From contig NC_020304.1 in the NCBI RefSeq assembly GCF_000341395.1, forward strand, positions 3,300,001-3,332,000: 32,000 bases of DNA. The letters run 5' to 3'. Positions 25,744-32,000 of the stretch are shown piece after piece (position 1 is the first letter of the stretch; every line of letters begins with the position of its first letter). This DNA is from Desulfocapsa sulfexigens DSM 10523 (GTDB lineage Bacteria; Desulfobacterota; Desulfobulbia; Desulfobulbales; Desulfocapsaceae). The notes beneath the pieces are model-generated. The model made no database searches, had not been told where the DNA came from, and saw nothing but the letters and a program-made list of their open reading frames with translations. A program made the position numbers and the translations under genes.

Positions 25744-25771
25744 TTGCCCGGTGAACGATTTCCTGTATAAT
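25744..25771 (+). promoter_or_regulatory. candidate sigma70 promoter for the ABC ATPase gene: TTGCCC-N16-TATAAT
   Basis: TTGCCC lies at 25744-25749 and a perfect TATAAT at 25766-25771, 57 nt upstream of the ATG at 25828. Confidence 0.38.
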
Positions 25772-25827
25772 GGTTCGAATTTAGCCCACATTCACATTTA
25801 CTCAATCCATGGTGTCTGGTTTACCCT

Positions 25828-27474
25828 ATGCTTCTTGAAATCGACAAACTCAACCTCAGCTTCCACCTGGATACAGGCAAACAGCAGACCGAGAAGAAGC
25901 AGGTTCTCTTTGACATTTCCCTTTCCGTTGACTGTGGTGAGACCATAGCCCTTGTCGGCGAATCAGGTTCCGGTAAATCCGTAACGGCTCTCTCTATCCT
26001 CAGGCTCCTCGAAGACTCCTCACATGTCAGTTCCAGCGGTGCCATCCACTTTGAAGGAAAGGATATCTCCACTTTGAACAAAAAGGAACTGAGGGCTGTC
26101 CGTGGAAACAGGATAGCCATGATTTTCCAGGAACCGATGACTTCATTGAATCCCGTATACACCATAGGGAATCAACTAATGGAACCCCTGCTTCTCCATC
26201 AGAAACTCACCCAGAGAGATGCCCATCTTGAGGCAATTAAACTCCTGGAACGTACAGGTATTGATGAACCAGCGGCCCGAATGAAATCTTTTCCACACCA
26301 ACTTTCCGGAGGACAACGACAACGGGTTATGATTGCCATGGCCCTGGCTTGCAGACCATCATTACTTATAGCCGACGAACCAACCACTGCTCTTGACGTT
26401 ACGATTCAGGTACAAATCCTTGACCTTATAAAAGACCTCCAGGAAGAGTTTGGTATGGCTCTTCTGCTTATCACCCATGACCTGACCATGGTGAGAAGAA
26501 TTGCCGACAACGTTCATATTATGAAAGATGGCCGGATTGTTGAACATGGGAGAACAGATCTTGTTTTTGATAATCCGAAACAACCCTACACCAGGCACCT
26601 GATGAATTCACTACCTGGTGGCCATCACAGCCCTAAAGATACGAACAGGGTATTGATAGAGTTGTCCAGACTGAACTGCACATTTCACCTCAAAAGTGGC
26701 TGGAAAGGGTTTTTTAACAAAAACAAAGAGAAAAATACTATACATGCAGTTGATCAGGTCAGTCTCAGCATCAAACGTGGCACAACCTGTGGGCTTGTTG
26801 GTGAATCAGGATCAGGAAAATCAACTCTTGCCATGGCCATTCTCCAGCTCACCAGAAGTTCTGGTCAGATACTGTTTAACGGAAAAAATATCCAGGGACT
26901 TTCGAACAGAGAAATGCGGCCATTGCGCAAAAATCTGCAGATAATTTTTCAGGATCCGTTTTCTTCTCTCTCACCGCGGCTGAATATTGGCCAGATCATT
27001 ATGGAAGGAATGAAAGTTCACGGTATAGGGAGAACGTATTCAGAACAGAAAAAGAAGGTTGCGGAGATATTGGTAGAAGTGGGACTGAACGCTGAAATGA
27101 TCCATCGCTATCCCCACGAATTTTCAGGCGGACAGAGACAGCGAATAGCAATAGCCCGTTCCATTGTGCTTCAGCCTGAATTTCTGGTGCTTGATGAGCC
27201 AACCTCAGCCCTTGACATGACAATCCAGAAACAGATTATTGACCTCCTTAAAAAACTTCAAGATCGCTATGGAATGACCTATCTTTTCATCTCCCATGAT
27301 CTTCGGGTTGTCAGGGCTATGGCGGATCATGTCGCGGTTATGCAAAATGGACGAATTGTCGAATCAGGATTTGCCGGTAAAATCTTTGAAGCGCCTGAAC
27401 ATGAATACACAAAACGCCTCTTTAAGGCTGCTCTTGGCAACCACAAGTCGTTCACATCTTCTGTAGAAGAATAA
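25828..27474 (+). CDS. ABC transporter ATP-binding protein with duplicated ATPase domains (peptide/opine/nickel type, YejF-like)
   Basis: 548 aa with two full NBDs. NBD1 has GESGSGKS / LSGGQRQR / LLIADEPTTALD. NBD2 has GESGSGKS / FSGGQRQR / FLVLDEPTSALD. Each is followed by an oligopeptide-type C-terminal extension (QPYTRHL, HEYTKRL). No permease or binding-protein gene is adjacent. Confidence 0.88.
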   Translation: MLLEIDKLNLSFHLDTGKQQTEKKQVLFDISLSVDCGETIALVGESGSGKSVTALSILRLLEDSSHVSSSGAIHFEGKDISTLNKKELRAVRGNRIAMIFQEPMTSLNPVYTIGNQLMEPLLLHQKLTQRDAHLEAIKLLERTGIDEPAARMKSFPHQLSGGQRQRVMIAMALACRPSLLIADEPTTALDVTIQVQILDLIKDLQEEFGMALLLITHDLTMVRRIADNVHIMKDGRIVEHGRTDLVFDNPKQPYTRHLMNSLPGGHHSPKDTNRVLIELSRLNCTFHLKSGWKGFFNKNKEKNTIHAVDQVSLSIKRGTTCGLVGESGSGKSTLAMAILQLTRSSGQILFNGKNIQGLSNREMRPLRKNLQIIFQDPFSSLSPRLNIGQIIMEGMKVHGIGRTYSEQKKKVAEILVEVGLNAEMIHRYPHEFSGGQRQRIAIARSIVLQPEFLVLDEPTSALDMTIQKQIIDLLKKLQDRYGMTYLFISHDLRVVRAMADHVAVMQNGRIVESGFAGKIFEAPEHEYTKRLFKAALGNHKSFTSSVEE

Positions 27475-27796
27475 GGAGCTGTTCAAGCTTTGGGAGCAGT
27501 TCAGTGGCAACCACCAGTGAACCATCACGACAATCAGCCTCCATTGCTGCTGAAACTTCTCGAATACCTTCAAAACCAAGGCTTGCGGCAGCCCCTTTTA
27601 TGGAGTGGGCACTTGCTCTTCCCGTAACAGCATCCCCACTTGCAATTCCCTGCTTGAGCTTTGCCAGGTCTGAGGTGGATGATTCTTTAAATATCACAAT
27701 TAATTCCTGTAAAAGTTCCTCATCATCCGCCGCCTGTTCCAGGGCAAATTCCTTATTCCATTTCAAATCTTTCATTTCAGACTCCTCTGCAGACAC
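27452..27796 (-). CDS. stand-alone histidine phosphotransfer (Hpt) domain protein
   Basis: 114 aa with the Hpt phosphorylation motif AHSIKGAAASLG in a four-helix-sized protein. Its 3' end overlaps the convergent ABC gene by 23 nt. Confidence 0.78.
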   Translation of the reverse strand: MSAEESEMKDLKWNKEFALEQAADDEELLQELIVIFKESSTSDLAKLKQGIASGDAVTGRASAHSIKGAAASLGFEGIREVSAAMEADCRDGSLVVATELLPKLEQLLILLQKM

Positions 27797-27866
27797 CCTG
27801 ACCTGGTGAAAATATAAATTGTTTTTTTAGGATCGACTCACTGAAAATGCTATCATATTCAACTAA

Positions 27867-28499
27867 TCATTTGCAAACGGTATAATGAGATGGTAAGTGC
27901 TGAGATAACTGTTCGTGACTAATTACACCCTCCCGTATGATTCTGCACTCCATGGTATCGTCTGTACAGTGGACGATTGTTGATCCCTGCCCTCCAGGCG
28001 TCGGTCCACCATCCAGAACACAGGACACCCTGTCCCCAAACACTGTATGCACATCCTCTGCCGTAGCAAGTGCCTCTTCTCCACTTATGTTGGCACTGGT
28101 GGTCGTCAGTGCTCCCCCCCAGGATTCTGCCAATTTCATAGCAACGGGATGTGAGGATACCCGAAGAGCCAGGGTATTCGTCCCACCGGTGAGAATCGAT
28201 GGAATATGTTTTCTGGCAGAGAAAATAAGTGTTAGAGGACCAGGCCAGAAAGAATTCATCAGCCCCTTGTATCCATTAGGGACTAAAGACACAAGAGATA
28301 AGAGATGTGTCACATCTGGAATGATAAGGGAAATAGCCTTTTGTTCTTCCCTTTTTTTTAAGGCATAGAGATCAGTTATGGCCTGTTCGTTTTCAGGATC
28401 AACGGCCAGGCCATAAAAGGTTTCTGTCGGATAGGCTACAATGCCACCCTGCTTCAGACACTGCAAAGCGTATTCATAGTCATGCTCGGTAGGTTGCAC
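27867..28499 (-). CDS. tsaC: L-threonylcarbamoyladenylate synthase (TsaC/YrdC family)
   Basis: 210 aa with YrdC-domain motifs: GGIVAYPTETFYGLAVD, PLTLI, LALRVSSHP, TSAN(I)SG. The start codon is GTG. Confidence 0.86.
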   Translation of the reverse strand: MQPTEHDYEYALQCLKQGGIVAYPTETFYGLAVDPENEQAITDLYALKKREEQKAISLIIPDVTHLLSLVSLVPNGYKGLMNSFWPGPLTLIFSARKHIPSILTGGTNTLALRVSSHPVAMKLAESWGGALTTTSANISGEEALATAEDVHTVFGDRVSCVLDGGPTPGGQGSTIVHCTDDTMECRIIREGVISHEQLSQHLPSHYTVCK

Positions 28500-28514
28500 G
28501 TAAAAAAACCTTTA

Positions 28515-30296
28515 TTACAGGCCAATTCGTTTCGCTTTTTCCTCTACTTCCCTGGCCATGGTAATTTTATAGTTTGATACTCTCTTACTCAGCTCTTTGT
28601 CACCAAGAGCTAGGATCCTAGCTGCAAGCACCGCAGCGTTTTTGGCACCGGGTTTACCGATCCCCATTGTGGCAACAGGAATTCCCGGTGGCATTTGAAC
28701 TGTTGCAAGAAGTGCATCCATACCTCTGAGGGGCGAGGCATCAAGGGGCACACCAATAACGGGTAGGTCAGTATGTGCTGCAAGGACTCCTGCCAGGTGA
28801 GCAGCCATTCCTGCCCCGGCTATAATGAGTTTCAAACCTCGACCCTGAGCTGTTGCAGCAAAGCTTGCAGCGCGTTCGGGCGTACGGTGAGCCGAGGCTA
28901 CGGTCATTTCCCAGGGAATCCCAATGTAGGTTAAAAAGTCTGCTGCAGCCTGCATGACCGGAAGATCTGAGTCACTTCCCATTACGATGCCAACAAGAGG
29001 TTTTGCATCAATTTCCATTCTTTTCTTCAAAGCCTTCGCTCCAATGTCTGTGCGATAGAAAGAACCAGTCCATTCTATCATCTCCGTTGCCTTATAGGCA
29101 GCTGCTATCGCTTTTTCTAGATCCTTAGCAACCGCTGTTACCCCAAGAACACGTCCCCCTGCAGAAATGACCCGGCCGTTTCTAACATCGGTTCCTGCAT
29201 GAAAAACAACAACACCAGTGACATCGGAAGCCTTTTTCAGACCTCGAATAACCTTACCTGATTCATAACTTCCGGGGTATCCGCCAGATGCCATAACCAC
29301 ACATACCGTGGGTCTTGGATCTATCTTCATTTCAACCTGATCAAGGCGACCATCAATAACAGCCTCGAAAATATCAACGACATCACTCTTTAATCGCATG
29401 AGCAATGGCTGCGCTTCAGGATCACCAAAACGACAGTTAAATTCGAGAACCTGTACATCATCACCGTCAATCATCAATCCGGCATAGAGCATTCCTTTAT
29501 AGGGACGGCCTTCTGCTGCCATCCCCTGAATAGTCGGCAGCATAACCTTCTCCATAACGTAGTCAGCTATTTTCTCTGTGACTACGGGAGCCGGCGAATA
29601 GGCCCCCATCCCTCCGGTATTTGGCCCTTTATCCCCTTCATATGCAGCCTTGTGATCCTGTGAAGTCGGCAGAGGAAGAACAGTTTTCCCATCTGTAAAG
29701 GCAATAAATGATGCCTCCTCTCCCGTTAAACATTGTTCAACAATCAGTTTATTTCCAGCTTCTCCAAAGGCCTTATCGCGCATGATTAGATCTACCGCGG
29801 CCTTGGCCTCTTTCACAGTAGATGCAACAATTACACCTTTCCCGGCAGCAAGTCCATCGGCCTTAACGACGAGGGGAGCACCACATTTGTCGATATATTT
29901 TTTGGCTTTTTTGGAATCCTTAAAAACCTTGAATTGAGCAGTGGGGATATCATATTTTTTCAGAAATTCTTTTGTGAAAACTTTACTGCCCTCTAAGATT
30001 GCGGCATCCCGAGTTGGACCAAAAATGCGGAGTCCCTCTTTTTCAAAGGCATCGACCACACCTACGGTTAATGACATCTCAGGACCGATAACTGTTAAAT
30101 CAATTTCCTGTTCTTTTGCGAAGGCTACCAGAGCATCAACGTCAGTAACGCTGATATCGACACATTCGGCCATTCTTTTTATTCCGGCATTTCCTGGGGC
30201 ACAGAAAATTTTATTAACCCGTGTACTCTGGTGGATTTTCCATACCAGTGCATGCTCACGACCTCCCGATCCAACGACAAGAACCTTCATTTTCAT
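28515..30296 (-). CDS. purD-purE: bifunctional purine biosynthesis fusion: phosphoribosylamine-glycine ligase (PurD, ~aa 1-425) plus N5-CAIR mutase (PurE, ~aa 430-593)
   Basis: The N-terminus reads MKVLVVGSGGREHALVWK, with an ATP-grasp core (...PLVVKADGLAAGKGV..., EFNCRFGDPE) typical of PurD. The C-terminus reads VGIVMGSDSDLPVM...VASAHRTPE...IAGAGMAAHLAGVLAA...PVIGVP, typical of PurE. It is one uninterrupted 593-codon ORF. Confidence 0.88.
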   Translation of the reverse strand: MKMKVLVVGSGGREHALVWKIHQSTRVNKIFCAPGNAGIKRMAECVDISVTDVDALVAFAKEQEIDLTVIGPEMSLTVGVVDAFEKEGLRIFGPTRDAAILEGSKVFTKEFLKKYDIPTAQFKVFKDSKKAKKYIDKCGAPLVVKADGLAAGKGVIVASTVKEAKAAVDLIMRDKAFGEAGNKLIVEQCLTGEEASFIAFTDGKTVLPLPTSQDHKAAYEGDKGPNTGGMGAYSPAPVVTEKIADYVMEKVMLPTIQGMAAEGRPYKGMLYAGLMIDGDDVQVLEFNCRFGDPEAQPLLMRLKSDVVDIFEAVIDGRLDQVEMKIDPRPTVCVVMASGGYPGSYESGKVIRGLKKASDVTGVVVFHAGTDVRNGRVISAGGRVLGVTAVAKDLEKAIAAAYKATEMIEWTGSFYRTDIGAKALKKRMEIDAKPLVGIVMGSDSDLPVMQAAADFLTYIGIPWEMTVASAHRTPERAASFAATAQGRGLKLIIAGAGMAAHLAGVLAAHTDLPVIGVPLDASPLRGMDALLATVQMPPGIPVATMGIGKPGAKNAAVLAARILALGDKELSKRVSNYKITMAREVEEKAKRIGL

Positions 30297-30452
30297 ACTC
30301 CCGATAAGTGTAAGTAGTAATCCCTAACAATTAGAGGAAAACCTATGTTTTTTTAGCTTATAAAAATAAAAACAGAATATAAGTAAATAGTTTCACTATA
30401 TTAGCAAAGAGTGACAAACAGAAAAAAAATTACATACTTAAAAGACAAAAGA

Positions 30453-30497
30453 TTGACAATTCTGACAAGACGAATACAATGAATGAACAACCATTCA
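30453..30497 (+). promoter_or_regulatory. candidate sigma70 promoter (TTGACA-N16-TACAAT) with an overlapping palindromic operator, TGAATG-N6-CATTCA
   Basis: TTGACA lies at 30453-30458 and TACAAT at 30475-30480. The inverted repeat TGAATGAACAACCATTCA spans 30480-30497, at or just after the predicted start site. It lies 65 nt upstream of the TetR-family gene. Confidence 0.42.
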
Positions 30498-30562
30498 GTA
30501 TATCCATCTTTCAAACATTTTCAAACAAGAAACTTTGATTTTAATATAACACATTCAGGCCA

Positions 30563-31162
30563 ATGAAAGCAGCAAATAAGCATTCTAAAATTATTCACGC
30601 CGCCACCAAAGTTTTCGCAAAAAAAGGATTCTTTAATGCAAGGATATCTGATATTGCTAAAGAAGCCAAGGTTGCCGATGGTACTATCTATCTCTACTTC
30701 AATAATAAATTTGACATCCTTATTTCAGTTTTTGAAGAAGAGATAGGAGCTTTGATTGAACAGGTTAAAAAACTTCTCGCTGCAGAAGACGATCCTCGAA
30801 AAATGCTCGAAATATTTGCCCAAAAACACCTGACGGTTATGAAAAAAAATAAAAATCTGGCGGAAGTTATCCAGATAGAGCTGAGACAGAGTGCTAAACT
30901 CATCAAAGACTATCGCAACAACAAATTCAGTGAGTATGTAAATATAATCTCTTCAATAATCAAACTTGGCCAGGAACAGAATATTTATCGCTCTTCCATT
31001 CGTCCAGGCATAGCTAAACGTGCCTTCTTTGGTGCACTCGATGAGATATCACGGATATGGACCGTTGGGGTCACAACAGAATACACCGTTGAAGAAACGA
31101 CTCAACAGGTACTTGAGATTTTTCTCTGTGGAATCCTGGAACCCGAGGCAGCCCTACGGTAA
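30563..31162 (+). CDS. TetR/AcrR-family transcriptional regulator, FadR(YsiA)-like
   Basis: 199 aa. The N-terminal HTH reads IIHAATKVFAKKGFFNARISDIAKEAKVADGTIYLYFNNKFDILISVF. The VADGTIYLYF-N-K-x-DILISxF stretch is, as I recall it, characteristic of the acyl-CoA-responsive Bacillus/Thermus FadR subgroup of TetR regulators. Confidence 0.82.
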   Translation: MKAANKHSKIIHAATKVFAKKGFFNARISDIAKEAKVADGTIYLYFNNKFDILISVFEEEIGALIEQVKKLLAAEDDPRKMLEIFAQKHLTVMKKNKNLAEVIQIELRQSAKLIKDYRNNKFSEYVNIISSIIKLGQEQNIYRSSIRPGIAKRAFFGALDEISRIWTVGVTTEYTVEETTQQVLEIFLCGILEPEAALR

Positions 31163-31251
31163 ACAGCAGAGACCATTCCCCTCTCCCCCCCATTTTCTAA
31201 TTCTTCCACCAGTACATATCATTAATACCTTCTGATAGCCTACGCAACCCA

Positions 31252-31749
31252 TCAACTGAAGGAAGAGGGACGGATAGAAATCACCTCAAATTCCCTGGTT
31301 CCTCCTGGTGTTACAGCAGTAACATCATCACCTACTTCTTTACCAAGGAGACTCTTCCCAAGTGGCGAAAAAACTGATATTGAGCCCTTCTTTACGTCAG
31401 CTTCCTCAGAGCCAAGCAACTGGTAGGTAACCTCCTCGTCAGTATCAAGATCAAGGAGTTCAACAACGGTACCAAACACTGCTCTCTCACAGGAAACTTT
31501 TGTACAATCGATCACCTCGGCACGACCAAGCTTATCCTTTAGATCCATGATCCGGCCTTCAATCATCCCCTGACGTTCCTTGGCAGCATGATATTCTGCA
31601 TTTTCTTTGAGATCGCCGTGCTCTCGTGCAATCTCAATGGCCTTAACAACAACATGCCTCTCAACGCGTTCAAGATTGTTTAATTCTTCTTTTAATGCAA
31701 TATATCCTGTTTTTGACATCGGAACGCGCATTACCATTTCTTTCTCCAT
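31252..31749 (-). CDS. greA: transcription elongation factor GreA
   Basis: 165 aa. It has an N-terminal coiled coil (PMSKTGYIALKEELNNLE...AREHGDLKENAEYHAAKERQ) and a C-terminal FKBP-like domain (SVFSPLGKSLLGKEVGDDV). The true start may be one of the internal Met codons (M5 or M7). Confidence 0.9.
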   Translation of the reverse strand: MEKEMVMRVPMSKTGYIALKEELNNLERVERHVVVKAIEIAREHGDLKENAEYHAAKERQGMIEGRIMDLKDKLGRAEVIDCTKVSCERAVFGTVVELLDLDTDEEVTYQLLGSEEADVKKGSISVFSPLGKSLLGKEVGDDVTAVTPGGTREFEVISIRPSSFS

Positions 31750-31810
31750 ATAAAAAAATAACTCCTGTAAAGTACATCTCTACAGGAGTACAAGACTAAA
31801 AACACAATTT

Positions 31811-32000
31811 TTACCAGCGATAAATCACAGAGCCGACAAAACCAATATTCTGAACATCTGCTCCTGATATGTATTCAACCCTGCCATTTAATAAAAAATG
31901 ACGACTCATTTCAAGAAAAATCTGTGCTTTGACCTCATGATTATCATATCCGCCCATTTCATAGCCAAAGGAATATTCAATTGTGTAATAACTTGGTGCA
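31811..32000 (-). CDS. C-terminal fragment of a probable outer-membrane beta-barrel protein; the 5' end lies outside the window
   Basis: The minus-strand frame is open from the window edge to TAA at 31811-31813: APSYYTIEYSFGYEMGGYDNHEVKAQIFLEMSRHFLLNGRVEYISGADVQNIGFVGSVIYRW. It shows alternating hydrophobic/aromatic beta-strand periodicity and a terminal aromatic residue (W), typical of OMP C-termini. It is not in the ORF track because no long Met-initiated ORF exists here. Confidence 0.4.
   Translation of the reverse strand, partial: APSYYTIEYSFGYEMGGYDNHEVKAQIFLEMSRHFLLNGRVEYISGADVQNIGFVGSVIYRW

Noticed and set aside
141-31235. The many 60-150-aa ORFs in the track nested inside or antisense to the large genes, for example 141-326, 1527-1808, 3320-3636, 6061-6468, 12830-13259, 18050-18391, 19358-19807, 22517-23032, 24451-25094, 25821-26165 and 27937-28368.
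   Set aside because: Each lies wholly within a longer ORF that has clear family motifs. Their translations are motif-free and compositionally odd (Ser/Arg/Cys-rich shadows). There is no independent start context.
1-32000. A search for CRISPR arrays, tandem repeats, transposase/integrase genes, tRNA/rRNA genes and defence-system-like genes.
   Set aside because: I found no repeat-spacer periodicity, no recombinase-like translation and no cloverleaf-type or rRNA-like sequence. Apart from the items listed, the window looks like core or metabolic chromosome.

Overview
This is a chromosomal window of about 45% GC. The gene content looks like an anaerobic Desulfobacterota/deltaproteobacterial-type organism, but that is inference only and was not checked against any database. 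All calls come from reading the ORF translations and the DNA by eye. Left to right, the window contains:

1. The 3' part of an ACP-linked lipid-modification operon: an ACP tail, two CrtI-like FAD oxidoreductases, a FabG-like reductase and a FabZ-like dehydratase. It ends in a small translationally coupled zinc-ribbon ORF that carries an in-frame TGA.
2. A 450-nt gap holding a near-consensus sigma70 promoter and a roughly 170-nt, highly structured element with a 24-bp helix, directly upstream of tolQ.
3. A tolQ-tolR-tolA-tolB-cpoB cluster with no pal gene.
4. tlyA, followed by an aldo/keto reductase on the opposite strand.
5. A minus-strand respiratory-type molybdoenzyme operon: a Tat-exported PsrA/PhsA-like catalytic subunit, a 4Fe-4S subunit with a TM anchor, a cytochrome b subunit and a TorD-like chaperone. 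It has a candidate sigma54 promoter and upstream dyad sites. Downstream lies a translationally coupled periplasmic-binding-protein / histidine-kinase / sigma54-activator module. The activator is frameshifted at a C9 homopolymer.
6. A BepA-like M48/TPR protease.
7. An oleB-oleC-oleD-like olefin/beta-lactone module with no adjacent oleA.
8. An orphan double-ATPase ABC protein whose 3' end overlaps a convergent orphan Hpt protein.
9. tsaC, a purD-purE fusion, a FadR(YsiA)-like TetR regulator with a promoter-operator, greA, and the tail of a beta-barrel outer-membrane protein.

I saw no transposase, integrase, CRISPR array, rRNA or tRNA. The most unusual items are the structured element at 4361-4532, the TGA-interrupted zinc-ribbon ORF, the molybdoenzyme plus three-component sensor locus with its homopolymer frameshift, and the oleA-less oleBCD module.
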